From assembly GCA_946565805.1 (NCBI GenBank), contig CAMNWO010000010.1, positions 13,383-77,382 of the forward strand: a DNA stretch of 64,000 bases, written 5' to 3'. Both the position numbers and the translations under genes were made by a program. This DNA comes from an uncultured Clostridium sp. (GTDB taxonomy: Bacteria > Bacillota > Clostridia > TANB77 > CAG-508). Positions 1 through 11,592 of this stretch are shown here, piece after piece. The first letter of the stretch is position 1; each line of letters begins with the position of its first letter. Below the pieces are notes generated by a model. That model searched no databases. It saw only the letters and a program-made list of their open reading frames with translations, and was not told where the DNA came from.

Positions 1-15
1 GTGAATTGTAACATT

Positions 16-2624
16 TTATCGTTCTACATTATTTCTATTCAATATAAGAATTCTCATTCTAATCAAATCTTTAATATTAATACTTTTTCCATCTAAATTA
101 GTATCTGCTGCTAGTACTTCCATTTCATCTAAATTATTTCTCTCTAATAGATATTTTCTCATTTTTACAACATCTTTAATGTTTACTAGTCCATCTTTAT
201 TAATATCTCCTGTAACAATTAAAGTATAAGTATCTCCTTTCTCTGTTTTTAGTATATCTCCTGTTGCTATAATACTATCGCTTCCTAATTTATTATCGTT
301 TCTATAAATCGAATATTTTAGCTTTAAATCCATTTTCTGACTAAAATTTGTTATTTTAGTATTATTCGCTATATTTTTTATTATATTGGTTTCTATTTTG
401 TAACTATCTTCTTTATTTTCTAACATTTGAAAATTAATTGTTGATGTATTTCCCGCTTTATCTGTTGCTATTATATGATATAAACCCTCTTCTTGTATTT
501 CCATGCCTGCTACATAATTTTCTACTTTTTTCCCATTTAATAAAAGTTCCACTTTTTGAAGGTTTTCATCACTTATTACAGGAATTACTTTTTGAGTATA
601 TAATTTTCCTGATTCTATTCCTGTAATACTTGGAGGAGTCTTATCAATTGTTATATTTCTATTCTCTGTTTCAGATTCTCCTGCTGTATTTTGATAAATA
701 ATTTGTATATCGTAATTTCCATCTTTATCTAATAATACTTCGTTTTTCCTAATGATTTCATTATTTATTTTTACGATTGTTTCGATTCCTTCTACTTTTT
801 CATAGGCTATTTGTATGTCACTGTTTGTGATAACTGAATTATTGTCTATTTTTTCTTGCTGATTATTGGTAATTTCTACTTCTTTTTTGTCTTTTAATGG
901 CACGCTTAGATTGATACCTAATTCTTCTAAATTGTTGTAGAACTGGTTGCTAAATAGCTTAAGTTTTCTACCAAAAGAAATTTCATAATCTTTTATCATT
1001 ATATTCTGTGGCAAATGATAATTATCTTTTATATCGCCATTTTCTTTTCCTGTTTTTTCTTTACTATTGTGAAAAACATATAAATTGTCATATGAATTGT
1101 TTATATTTTTATCGTCTATTGTTAATCCATCTATAGTAACATTTGGTAAATATAAATCATATCCATAATCATGTAAAGAATTGTCCTTATCATAAATAAT
1201 ATTAAAAGATATAATTTCTGGCCACATTAAATTAGTTAATCTACAGTTTTTTATATTTATCTCTCCATGCCAAGTTGAACCATAATCATTTCTTAGAAAA
1301 ATCAAACCATTATATCTAGAACATGTTGTATTTAGAACATTTAATTCTCCTCCTCCAACAACATTAATCCCATAAATTCCTATTTGACAATCTTCTACAT
1401 TTAAATTATAAACTCCACAATGAGCATCAATTCTATTTAATATACAATTTTTATATTTTATGTCTTTCGTATAGTTAGTTCCTGTAATTCCCCACTTAGT
1501 AGTATTATCAATATCTTCTGATGTAACATTATTCATTTCTACATTACAACAATTTTCTAAGATTAAATCATAACTTGAAATTGTATCATATTTATGTGCA
1601 CTCAACTTGCAATTTTCTATTTTTATATTTGCTGCATTTGCTATTGAGATAAATCCATAGTAAGCTCCTCCTACTATTTCTTCATTACTAAGATAATGAT
1701 TTATATTTTTTATTATTACATTACTTCTAATACATACAATATTTCTTTTTAAATATTCTTCTGCTGTTTGTTTTTGATTTAGTGTAGAAAGTTTCGTTTC
1801 AAATTCTCCATTTTCTATTGTTATTTCTTCTTCCATTGGAATTAATATTATTTTTGATATATTATCAAAATCATGTTGAGTTTTATTTAAAACGTTTCCT
1901 TCATTATCTATTCTAAAAATATCTTGTTGTGGTTTTCCTATATTTTCATTTGTTCCTGATCTTATAAATTGTGTCTTTTGCTCATTATATACATGAACAT
2001 AGCAATTTCCATATCCGACTAATTCTTCTATTCTTGATGTCACTGTATTTATAGTAATATTTTCTAACCTATCTTTTTCTTCTATTGTTATCGTTCTTTC
2101 TCTAGGAGTAATCTGAAAAATAGAATATTGTGCCGTTTCTAAGCCTGATATTTCTTCATCATGTATAACAAATTTAGCTCCATTCCAATTGGTATCTGTT
2201 TTTATTTCAACTGGTTCTATTGAATCTTTCTTATATATATGATATGTTTTTTTTCTGCTCTTACTTCACACTTATATTGATTTGCTAAATCATGTGCCTG
2301 TTTTATTGCTGGATAATCATCATTAATCCCATCTGCATACACTCCAAAATCTTCATATGTTACATATTTAGTTTGTGTATTTTCATCAATATGAGGTGTA
2401 ATATTATGTTGATTTATAACTTGATGATTTTCCTTGTTAGCTATAATGTAATTGGTATTAATATCCTCTATTGAGTCTTTTGCTTCCTTTATTTCTTTAT
2501 TGTCTTGCTGTATATTCATTGTTTCTTTTTCACTTTTTAACAGCTCTAGTTTTGTTATTCCTATCATAACAACTACCAATACAATACAACTCACCAATTT
2601 CAATATTTTTTTCTTTTTTATCAT
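16..2624 (-). pseudogene. Secreted right-handed beta-helix (pectate-lyase-fold, Pectate_lyase_3-like) protein with Ig-like middle region and C-terminal type I dockerin; split by a frameshift into ORFs 2217..2624 (N-terminal part) and 16..2043
   Basis: N-terminal ORF has a K-rich TM/signal segment followed by VTYEDFGVYADGINDDYPAIKQAHDLAN (pectate-lyase-3 N-motif). Downstream ORF has PbH1-like repeats (NCILNRIDAHCGVYNLNVEDCQIGIYGINV...). The C-terminus GDINKDGLVNIKDVVKMRKYLL...ADTNLDGKSINIKDLIRMRILIL is two Ca-binding dockerin segments. The upstream frame stays open from 2216 down to the GTG at 2043, and the frames join at the T8 run at 2247-2254. Confidence 0.7.
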
Positions 2625-2658
2625 ATCTTAAATTCCTTATTATTTATAATTAAATCTT

Positions 2659-3756
2659 TTATATGTTTTTTTCTATAATATCAGCAATCTTTTTAGATGC
2701 TGTACCATCACCATATGGATTAGAAGCTTTACTCATCTTTTCATATTCTTCTTTATTATCCAATAATTTTGTCATATTTTCATAAATATCTTTTGTATTG
2801 GTTCCTACTAATTTTAAAGTTCCAGCTTCTACTCCTTCAGGCCTTTCTGTTGTATCTCTCATAACAAGTACTGGCTTTCCAAGAGATGGTGCTTCTTCTT
2901 GAATCCCTCCACTATCTGTTAAAATCAAATATGATTTTGCCAAAAAATTGTGAAAATCTAATACTCCTAATGGCTCTATTAATCTTATCTTAGAATCATC
3001 TCCAAATATCCTGTTAGCCGTCTCTCTTACTACTGGATTTTTATGAATTGGATATATTACTTTTATATCTTTATGCTCATCAACGACTTTTTTAATTGCA
3101 GTAAACATATTTTCTAATGGTTTACCTAAATTTTCCCTTCTATGTGCCGTTAATAAGACCAATCTATCATTCCCAATCCATCCAAATATCTCATTATTAT
3201 AGTCTTTTTTTATCGTTGTACTTAAGGCATCAATTGCTGTATTTCCTGTTATATAAATATCTTTTTCTTTTTTTCCTTCTTTTAATAAATTCTCTTTCGC
3301 CTTTTGTGTTGGTGCAAAATGATATTTTGCAATAATTCCAGTTGCTTGGCGATTAAACTCTTCTGGAAAAGGTGAATAAATATTATAAGTTCTCAAACCT
3401 GCCTCCACATGTCCAACTGCTATTTGCATATAGAAGGCACATAGTGATGTTACAAATGTAGTCGTCGTATCACCATGAACCAAAACTAAATCTGGTTTTT
3501 CCTTTTCTAATACTGGCTTAATTTTATTTATAATATTAGTTGTCACATCAAATAAGGTTTGCCTATCTTGCATAATGTCTAAATTATAATCAGGAACTAC
3601 TTGAAAACAATCTAATACTTGTTGTAACATTTCTCTATGTTGTCCAGTTACACATACAACTGTTTCTATATCTTTTCTTGTCTTTAATTCTTTTACCAAA
3701 GGACACATCTTTATGGCTTCTGGTCTTGTGCCAAAAATTAGCATTACTTTTTTCAT
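2659..3756 (-). CDS. wecB: UDP-N-acetylglucosamine 2-epimerase (non-hydrolysing)
   Basis: MKKVMLIFGTRPEAIKMCPLV...VCVTGQHREML...HVEAGLRT...; full-length WecB/MnaA family signature. Confidence 0.9.
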   Translation of the reverse strand: MKKVMLIFGTRPEAIKMCPLVKELKTRKDIETVVCVTGQHREMLQQVLDCFQVVPDYNLDIMQDRQTLFDVTTNIINKIKPVLEKEKPDLVLVHGDTTTTFVTSLCAFYMQIAVGHVEAGLRTYNIYSPFPEEFNRQATGIIAKYHFAPTQKAKENLLKEGKKEKDIYITGNTAIDALSTTIKKDYNNEIFGWIGNDRLVLLTAHRRENLGKPLENMFTAIKKVVDEHKDIKVIYPIHKNPVVRETANRIFGDDSKIRLIEPLGVLDFHNFLAKSYLILTDSGGIQEEAPSLGKPVLVMRDTTERPEGVEAGTLKLVGTNTKDIYENMTKLLDNKEEYEKMSKASNPYGDGTASKKIADIIEKNI

Positions 3757-3770
3757 ATCTATTCTTCTTT

Positions 3771-4994
3771 CTATATTTTATATACTTTTCCTATATTAGA
3801 AATATTTTTTGTATCTAATACGATTTTATTTTCTAGCTTTTTCATATTTTCTTTTATATGATTATGTGAATTCATAACAATAACTATATCTACATTGTTT
3901 AGAAATTCGTCAAAATCATGATATTGATTGGTTACTATATCAGTTTCTACATGCGGATCATATACCTTTACTTTACTTGCATTTTCTTTTCCCATTATTT
4001 CTAGTATTTGCAAAGTTGGACTTTCTCTTATATCATCCACATTTTCTTTATAAGTAAGACCATATATTCCTACTTTACTTATATCTTCTATTTTATTTTC
4101 GTTCATTATTGCTTTTAGTCTCTCTAAAACAAATTTAGGTTGTCCATCATTTACTTCTCTTGCTGCTTTTATAATATTTACAATTTCTGGATAATCTCCA
4201 ACCAAAAACCATGGATCAACAGAAATACAGTGTCCTCCTACTCCTGGTCCTGGTTGTAATATACTTACTCTTGGGTGCTTATTAGCAATTCTTATTACTT
4301 CATATACATCCATTCCTGCTTGTCTACAAATTCTAGATAATTCATTTGCAAAGGCGATATTAATATCTCTAAAAGTGTTTTCCACAACTTTTGTCATTTC
4401 AGCTGTTTTTATATCAGTAACTATAATTTCACCTTTACAAAAAGAGGCATATAGTTCTTTTACTTTTTCTCCTATTTCTTTGCTATCTGCTCCAATTGTT
4501 CTTGAATTATGCTCTAATTCATAAACCATATTTCCTGGTATGATTCTTTCTGGCGCATGTACCAAATGGATATCCTTCTCTTCTTCAAATCCTTTTTCTT
4601 TTAAAACTGGTCTAATAAACTTATCTATTGTACCAGGTGATATAGTTGATTCAATAATTAATATAGCTCCCTTTTTACATGAATCTAAAACTGATTTTAC
4701 CGCTGATATTACATATTTAGGATCGATTTTTTTATTTTCTTTTTCATATGGTGTTGGTACTGATACAATGTATATCTCCTCATTCTGATATTCAGAAGTG
4801 AATTGTATATTACATTTTAATGCTTTTTCAAATAATTCATCTAATCCTTCTTCTTCAAATGTTGTTTTTCCACAATTTAAAGTGTTTACTAATTCTTTAT
4901 TATAATCTGTTCCTATCACTTCTACTCCATGTGTTGCAAACATCAAGGCTGTTGGTAAGCCTATGTACCCTAATCCTATTACATTAATTCTCAT
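3771..4994 (-). CDS. wecC: UDP-N-acetyl-D-mannosamine dehydrogenase (nucleotide-sugar dehydrogenase family)
   Basis: N-terminal Rossmann motif INVIGLGYIGLPTALMFA, 407 aa, placed directly after wecB. Confidence 0.85.
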   Translation of the reverse strand: MRINVIGLGYIGLPTALMFATHGVEVIGTDYNKELVNTLNCGKTTFEEEGLDELFEKALKCNIQFTSEYQNEEIYIVSVPTPYEKENKKIDPKYVISAVKSVLDSCKKGAILIIESTISPGTIDKFIRPVLKEKGFEEEKDIHLVHAPERIIPGNMVYELEHNSRTIGADSKEIGEKVKELYASFCKGEIIVTDIKTAEMTKVVENTFRDINIAFANELSRICRQAGMDVYEVIRIANKHPRVSILQPGPGVGGHCISVDPWFLVGDYPEIVNIIKAAREVNDGQPKFVLERLKAIMNENKIEDISKVGIYGLTYKENVDDIRESPTLQILEIMGKENASKVKVYDPHVETDIVTNQYHDFDEFLNNVDIVIVMNSHNHIKENMKKLENKIVLDTKNISNIGKVYKI

Positions 4995-6264
4995 TTTTTA
5001 TTACTTCCTTTCCTTTTGATAATTGGCATATATAGATATACATTATTATATATATAATCGAATATGAAATTGAAATCATTATTAAAAATGCGTATATATT
5101 TAATTTCATATATTTGCTTATTATATAAATTAAAACAGATGAAATCAAAAATAATATTTGCATTTTCATTTCCGTAGATTGTTTTTTTGCAATTACTAAA
5201 GCTGGCGAAATTATGGCAGATACTACTAACCTTATTCCAAACATAAACACTAGTATTTGAATATATTGTCCACTTACTACCCAATCTTCTCCAAATACAA
5301 TTTTGCATAATTCTGGAGCTATCACTAATAAAATTACTACCATAGGAATAGATAAACATATTAATAATTTAGTGATTTTTTGTAGTGTGTTTTTAAAACT
5401 TTTTGTGGAATTCATTTCATTCGTTGCACGTTCAAAAAAAATCTTTGATACATTTATACTTATTAAGCTTAACGGAATTCCTAATATTCTATATGATAAA
5501 GAGTAATATCCAAAAATTGTATTTCCATAAATTGCTGTTATAAAAAAATTTATTAATGAATAAGATGCCGAATTGCAAAAAGCTGATGGTGCTGTGTATA
5601 ACATTAATTTATAATTTCTTTTTAATACATTTTTTATTTCTTTTTTCTCTACTTGCTTCAATTTGTTCCTATTAGGTATTAATTTATTTGCTTGCTTTTT
5701 AATGCCAAACAAACTTCCTAAAACTTGTGATAACAACATTCCAAATACTGATAAATGGATAAAACCAAATAAAATTAATCCTATATTTTGTATGGCTGTC
5801 CTTATAACATATACAGATGAAATGGTATCATATTCTCTATTTCTATTATTGTAACTAATCAATATATTAGTCACTCCTGTAATCAACATATAAATAAATA
5901 TAATTATAACATAAACTATGTATTCATTCGTAAACTGATGAGTTGATACTAAGTATATTGTATACAATATTGTAGTAACAATAGAAAATATAAAACATAA
6001 TATCAATGAAAGCACAATAACTGCATATACATTTTTTTCTTCTTTTTCTGTTACAATTGCCATTTCAATTTTTCCAGATAACAATGGACCAAAGAGTGTT
6101 ACTACTGTTAATAATAATGTATATATTCCTAATTGATCAGGAGTGTATAATCTAGTTGTTATTGGTGATGCTATAATGGCAATAATTTGTGCTATAACTG
6201 ATCCAGTAGCTAACTTAACAATTTCTGAATTTTTAATCCTCAATAACATTTCTTTGTATTTCAT
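4984..6264 (-). CDS. wzx: Polysaccharide flippase, Wzx-type (MOP superfamily); true start may be the internal M at ~6249
   Basis: 426 aa with ~12 predicted hydrophobic helices and N-terminal LATGSVIAQII typical of polysaccharide biosynthesis protein family; operon context. Confidence 0.7.
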   Translation of the reverse strand: MKYKEMLLRIKNSEIVKLATGSVIAQIIAIIASPITTRLYTPDQLGIYTLLLTVVTLFGPLLSGKIEMAIVTEKEEKNVYAVIVLSLILCFIFSIVTTILYTIYLVSTHQFTNEYIVYVIIIFIYMLITGVTNILISYNNRNREYDTISSVYVIRTAIQNIGLILFGFIHLSVFGMLLSQVLGSLFGIKKQANKLIPNRNKLKQVEKKEIKNVLKRNYKLMLYTAPSAFCNSASYSLINFFITAIYGNTIFGYYSLSYRILGIPLSLISINVSKIFFERATNEMNSTKSFKNTLQKITKLLICLSIPMVVILLVIAPELCKIVFGEDWVVSGQYIQILVFMFGIRLVVSAIISPALVIAKKQSTEMKMQILFLISSVLIYIISKYMKLNIYAFLIMISISYSIIYIIMYIYICQLSKGKEVIKNEN

Positions 6265-7450
6265 TTTCTTTCTTCTTCTCTCCTTTTATACTAAGGTATA
6301 GGAAAATCCATATGAATGAATTTAACCAATACACAGATGATACAAATAATCTTGGCAAAAATTGGCATAGCAGAAATATAAGTAATTCCTTTCTTTCCTT
6401 CTCTATATTATTGAATATTGCTTTATAAAAACATAATATAAGATACCCTCCTACAATAATAGCAATTACAATTCCATTTTCACATCCAAGTTGTAAAAAC
6501 AAATTATGGGTATATTGTCCTTGATGCTCATTTTCAAACTCTCCAATTCCAGCACCTATTAAAGAATTATTATCAATCATTTGAATCGCATCCTGATACA
6601 AATCATCTCTAGTGGATGAAATATTGCCTTGCTTAATCTGGAATGCTAATCTATTTACCCAGTTAATATTTGTATTTATATCTTCAATATAATCAAAGAT
6701 GAAATTTACACTAAAAACACTTATAACTATACTTATTATACACAGTATAACTTTATTTTTTTTCTTTTTTATTTTTTGCAATCCACTTATGATAATAAAA
6801 ATTACTAAAGCTAAAATGGAACCTCTATTATTATTTAATACAATTAAATAATATAAGTTAATTATTATGGTTACTACAGTAAGTATTTTAAATATTGCTT
6901 TTTTCGTATATTTAAAATAAATCAGCATAGCTATCATTCCAATTAATACAGTATATGATAAATCCATCGTGAAATCTAAATTTTCACTCGCTTTTACCAA
7001 AGGTATATACTTATAAACTAAAATTATTGTGAAAAATACAAATATAATACTTATGTATTTCAAAACATTTTTATATTCAAAATGATTCTGGGCTAAAAAT
7101 ATTCCTGAAAAACCATATAATATATAATCCAAAAAATACATTATTACATATTGATTTTCTATTACTCTAAGAAAAGATATTAAAAACAAAATAATAACAA
7201 TTATATTAATTAACAACATCTCTTTTGTAAACACAATTTTCTTATTATATAATATAGATACTAGAACCAATACACCTACTAAAATAACAATATTATTTTC
7301 TAGCGGCATAATTGTTGCTAATATCTTTGTTACCATTGGAATACATAAATAAAATGCAATTATTAAATCATTTACATTTAAAACTTTCTTTTTCTTTATT
7401 TCATCCATTTTTAAACTCCAAAAATTTTTTTCCAATAACACTTGAATCAA
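6233..7450 (-). CDS. wzy: Wzy-type O-antigen/teichuronate polymerase (O-antigen ligase-like domain); start probably ~7408
   Basis: 405 aa polytopic membrane protein with large loop near C-terminal third (NNNRGSILAL...), typical Wzy_C arrangement; context between GTs and wzx. Confidence 0.6.
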   Translation of the reverse strand: MIQVLLEKNFWSLKMDEIKKKKVLNVNDLIIAFYLCIPMVTKILATIMPLENNIVILVGVLVLVSILYNKKIVFTKEMLLINIIVIILFLISFLRVIENQYVIMYFLDYILYGFSGIFLAQNHFEYKNVLKYISIIFVFFTIILVYKYIPLVKASENLDFTMDLSYTVLIGMIAMLIYFKYTKKAIFKILTVVTIIINLYYLIVLNNNRGSILALVIFIIISGLQKIKKKKNKVILCIISIVISVFSVNFIFDYIEDINTNINWVNRLAFQIKQGNISSTRDDLYQDAIQMIDNNSLIGAGIGEFENEHQGQYTHNLFLQLGCENGIVIAIIVGGYLILCFYKAIFNNIEKERKELLIFLLCQFLPRLFVSSVYWLNSFIWIFLYLSIKGEKKKENEIQRNVIED

Positions 7451-8594
7451 AATCCGTAAAATTAGTATAATCTAGTTTTTCTATTTCTAAGTTTTTAATC
7501 GTTTTTAAAATATCTTCTTTCTCATTTTCACATGTAATAAATCTATTAAAGCTATCAAAATATTCTTTTAATTCTAATTTGTTATCTCCATCTATTAGTA
7601 TTAAAATTAGTTTATTCGTTGCTGAATAATGGTAAATCTTTCCTGGAATTTGTGTTCCTCTTCTGTTACAAACACATACTAGAATGTCTACTTCATTTTG
7701 CAACGCTTTCACTTTTCCACTAGATACTCTTGCATAAGATATTATATTATTGGTTTTAGGAATTTCAACATCTGTATTGCCACATAATATCAATTTAATC
7801 GCATCATTGCCTTGACTCATCTCTACTAATGGTATTATATTTCTGTCTTTTGCATAACAATTTCCAAAATATCCCAGTTTTATAAAACCATCTTTCTTAT
7901 CTGTTTTCTCAAGATTATACTTTTCTTCACACGCAATGGGTAAAAAGAACATTTTTGTGGATAATTTTTTATACAATTTACACTGTTCTTTATGCGTAAA
8001 TGGTGAAACATAAATAATCTTATCTGCTAAAGATAATATTCTTTTTTCCTCTCTTTTAATAATGATTGAAGGAATTATCGAACTCTTATTAATATCCATT
8101 GCAAATGGGTCTCCCCAATATTGTATCCATTTTTTTGTTATTTCACTATTTACTTTTATTACTTCCTCTGCTAGTAAATGCGCAGACTTCGGATCTGAAG
8201 ATGATATTATAATATCATATTTTTCTTCAAATTGCACTTCTTTTACTTTCTTCACTAAACTTTTCTTTGTATCATATAAAGAGATTTTTGTATAAATTTT
8301 ATATAATAATGTTTTTATTTTCAATTTTATTTTATTCTTTTTTTTATTTTTATTTAACTCTTCTTTTTTTATTACAAGTTTCGAATAGCTTTTACTCATA
8401 TCAAGCCAATATCTTTTATTTAAATTCTGTATATTTACACTTTTATCATATCCTACTGTTTCTGAATTTACACTTGCAGATAAAGTATCAACGACATGAC
8501 CATTTTTTATAAATCCATTAATTATTGCTCTATTTCTCATATTGGCTGATGTATTATATTCTAATGGGTCTGCTGTTATATATAATATCTTCAT
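7401..8594 (-). CDS. Glycosyltransferase, GT-B fold (GT4/GT1-like)
   Basis: N-terminal MKILYITADPL... (GT4 N-domain) and C-terminal ...ILVCVCNRRGTQIPGKIYHYSATNKLILIL (GT1 C-domain pattern). Confidence 0.5.
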   Translation of the reverse strand: MKILYITADPLEYNTSANMRNRAIINGFIKNGHVVDTLSASVNSETVGYDKSVNIQNLNKRYWLDMSKSYSKLVIKKEELNKNKKKNKIKLKIKTLLYKIYTKISLYDTKKSLVKKVKEVQFEEKYDIIISSSDPKSAHLLAEEVIKVNSEITKKWIQYWGDPFAMDINKSSIIPSIIIKREEKRILSLADKIIYVSPFTHKEQCKLYKKLSTKMFFLPIACEEKYNLEKTDKKDGFIKLGYFGNCYAKDRNIIPLVEMSQGNDAIKLILCGNTDVEIPKTNNIISYARVSSGKVKALQNEVDILVCVCNRRGTQIPGKIYHYSATNKLILILIDGDNKLELKEYFDSFNRFITCENEKEDILKTIKNLEIEKLDYTNFTDFDSSVIGKKFLEFKNG

Positions 8595-8595
8595 T

Positions 8596-10836
8596 TTATT
8601 TCCCTTCTGTTAAAAATATTTCTTGGTATGAATCTTTTAATCTTTTTTCCATACTTTCATAGGAATAATTGGTTTCATAAAGTTTGATAACATTATCTTT
8701 ATCAAATTTATTTCTATCAAATGCATCTATTTTATGAAAGAAATCTTTAGCATTATATTGAACTACCATTCCTAATCCTTTTTCGTTAACAATTTCATCA
8801 ATCCCTGTCCCTTTACAAACAACAATTGGTTTTCCAAAAGCCATAGCTTCATATAATTTATTAGGAGCTGAATATTTATGATTTTCTATCATTGGATTAT
8901 AGGTTGCAAAAAGAATATCACAATCTTTTTCTAAATTCAAAACATCCTTATATTCCATTTTTCCATAATAGAAAATATTAGAATATTTTTTTGCTAACTC
9001 ATTAAAATATTCTTCAAAAGTACCAAAACCTCCTATATGCAATTCAATTCCATTGTTTTCTTTTATTTCCTCGCCAATCTCTTTTAGAAGTCTATTCTCT
9101 TGTAATATTCCTACATATACTAATTTTAATTTATTATTGTCACTTTTTATTATTTTATGATTTAAACTATTTACTTCTATTTTAGGCGTATTATATATTA
9201 CTATGCATTTTTTAGGATTAGCCTTTTTTATTTGTTCTTTTCTTTGCTCAGTACATATAATAGTTAAATCTGCTTGATTAATTATATTTATTTCAGCTTT
9301 CTCTACCATTTTCTTTAGTTTATTTGGTACATAATGAGAATCTATATAATAATCAAAAATATCATATACTAATTTTTTCTTGTATATTTTTGAAACGATT
9401 CTTGCAGGTATTGCTGTATCAAAATCACAGCTATGAATAATATCTATTTCTTTTCTTCCTTTTATTAAATTCTTCATTAACCACATTTCGAAGCTAATTA
9501 GTTTAAATATGCTTTTCATTCCTGCAGCATATTGAGCTGGTTTTCTAAATACATTAATATTAATATATTTTTTACTTACCTCAATTTTTTGTGTATCGTT
9601 ATTTAAAAATTGGTCTCTATCCCAACCTAAAATTTCAACACTATATTCTCCTTTGCATAAAATTTCAGCTTCTTTTATCACTCTCGAATCATTCATTATA
9701 GATGTGGACCTTAGCATTATCACTTTCTTTTGAAGTACACTACTATATATCTCTCTCATTTTCTTTTTAATCGTTTCTTTATCATATTTATCTAATTCTA
9801 ATTGCTCAAACTTAAGATTTTTATTATATATTTTTTGAATTCTATCTATTAATTGTTCTATATTATCAATATCAATTATATATCCATTTATTTCATTTTG
9901 GATTAAATCTTTGCTTCCTCTACAATTTGTAGTTATGACTGGTATATTAGCAACCATTGCTTCTATTATATTTACTGGCAATCCTTCTCTTTTACTACAT
10001 GATAATAATACATCTGATATTTGTAATAATTTATTAATATCCTTTCTATATCCTAATAACTGTACTTTCTCTGCTATATGATTATTTTGTATATATTCTT
10101 CATATTCCTTTTCTAAATCGCCTTTGCCAACTATTAACAATTTAATCTTGTTATTTTTTATATTTTGTATTGCTTTAATAGCCATCATCTGATTTTTATT
10201 TTTATTTAATTCCCCTATGCATATACATACAAAACTATCTTTCTCAATTCCTATATCAGCTCTTAATTGTTCTTTTTCTTGTTGATTCATATAGAAACTA
10301 AATTTATTTCTGTCTACTCCTATTCCATTAACTAAATCCACTCTTTTGGCCTTAAATTTATTTTTAGCAATGCTATAATCCTCCTGATTAATTGTAATAA
10401 GACAATCTGTATATTTGGATAAATATTTCTCTATTGGATAATATAATATCCAATTTATGGCTGGTGCTCCTCTAAAAAAGTGAAAGCCATGTGCTGTATA
10501 GAAAACTTTAGTCTTGTTTCTTTTTCTAGTTTTTCTTGCCACCAATCTTGCTAAAACTCCACCCATTGGCGCATGACAATGTATTAACTCAAATTTCTCA
10601 GAATTAATAATATTTTTTAGTTGCTTATATGCTTTTATATTTTTTAGAGAAAATGGTGAGCGCTGAATATCTATATGATGTTTTATGATTCCTAATTCTT
10701 TTATTTCTTGTGTTTCATCTGAATAATTGGCAACACAATGGATTTCATACCCTAATTCTTTTAATGTTTCTATATTTCCTCTTTCAAACAATGTAAACTG
10801 TCTACTTACTGTTGATACAATTAGACATTTCTTCAT
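8596..10836 (-). CDS. Bifunctional two-domain glycosyltransferase (two tandem GT4/GT1 modules)
   Basis: 746 aa; first module ends with EGLPVNIIEAMVANIPVITT, second with KLYEAMAFGKPIVVCKGTGIDEIV (both the canonical E-x7-E GT1 motif). Confidence 0.75.
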   Translation of the reverse strand: MKKCLIVSTVSRQFTLFERGNIETLKELGYEIHCVANYSDETQEIKELGIIKHHIDIQRSPFSLKNIKAYKQLKNIINSEKFELIHCHAPMGGVLARLVARKTRKRNKTKVFYTAHGFHFFRGAPAINWILYYPIEKYLSKYTDCLITINQEDYSIAKNKFKAKRVDLVNGIGVDRNKFSFYMNQQEKEQLRADIGIEKDSFVCICIGELNKNKNQMMAIKAIQNIKNNKIKLLIVGKGDLEKEYEEYIQNNHIAEKVQLLGYRKDINKLLQISDVLLSCSKREGLPVNIIEAMVANIPVITTNCRGSKDLIQNEINGYIIDIDNIEQLIDRIQKIYNKNLKFEQLELDKYDKETIKKKMREIYSSVLQKKVIMLRSTSIMNDSRVIKEAEILCKGEYSVEILGWDRDQFLNNDTQKIEVSKKYININVFRKPAQYAAGMKSIFKLISFEMWLMKNLIKGRKEIDIIHSCDFDTAIPARIVSKIYKKKLVYDIFDYYIDSHYVPNKLKKMVEKAEINIINQADLTIICTEQRKEQIKKANPKKCIVIYNTPKIEVNSLNHKIIKSDNNKLKLVYVGILQENRLLKEIGEEIKENNGIELHIGGFGTFEEYFNELAKKYSNIFYYGKMEYKDVLNLEKDCDILFATYNPMIENHKYSAPNKLYEAMAFGKPIVVCKGTGIDEIVNEKGLGMVVQYNAKDFFHKIDAFDRNKFDKDNVIKLYETNYSYESMEKRLKDSYQEIFLTEGK

Positions 10837-11592
10837 TTTTTACTCCCTTTTATCCACCAATGGAATATCGAATTATTGGCTGTATGTTTAAAGCCGCATT
10901 TTACATAAAAGTTTTGTGCTTTTATATTATTTATTTGCGTTCCTACCTGTATTTCTTTTATATCGTTTTTTATTGCAAACAATTCTATTTTTTGGATTAA
11001 TTTTGTCCCTATTCCGTTTTGATTGCTCTTTAGCATTTATTGCTATCAACTCTATAATTAAGTGATTGTCCTCAATTGAAAATAGCAAATATCCTAATAT
11101 CTTTTTTTCTTGTTCATATACACAAAAATATTTATTAGTTTTCTCAAATGCATTCCTCGTCCATTCCAAGTATATGTCTTTACTATTTTTTAAATTTCTA
11201 TCATTATAAAATCTAGAATAAATAAAATTTTCTTTTGCAATTTCTAATAATTGTTTTTCATATTTTAAATTGTTTTGAATTTTAATATTTTCTTCTTCTA
11301 TTATTTTCTTATCTTCTATCTTTTTTAAAAATTGTATATTAACATCTGCTAGAAAAATATTATCTAGTTTTTGTAATATAAAATTATTTTTGTCATCATT
11401 ATTTTTATTATTTATGGTAATAAATTTATATTCTTTTTTTCTTACTTCATTGTTAATCTCTTCTATGTGTTTTTCATTTATTACATTGTTCAAATTTATC
11501 TTTGCCGATTTTATTCCAAAAAAATTAGTATCCCAATCCAACTCTATTATTTCATAATTTTGTTGTTTCTGCATATTTTTCTTTCTCCTCAT
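10833..11592 (-). pseudogene. WecD-like GNAT N-acetyltransferase (TDP/UDP-4-amino-4,6-dideoxyhexose acetyltransferase), frameshifted into ORFs 10927..11592 and 10833..11036
   Basis: N-terminus ELDWDTNFFGIK matches WecD; downstream ORF carries GNAT motifs (GIGTKLIQKIELFAIKN...FYVKCGF). Deleting the C in coding aaaa[C]GGaat (+ coord ~11016) fuses them, giving ...AINAKEQSKGIGTKLIQ... Confidence 0.65.
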
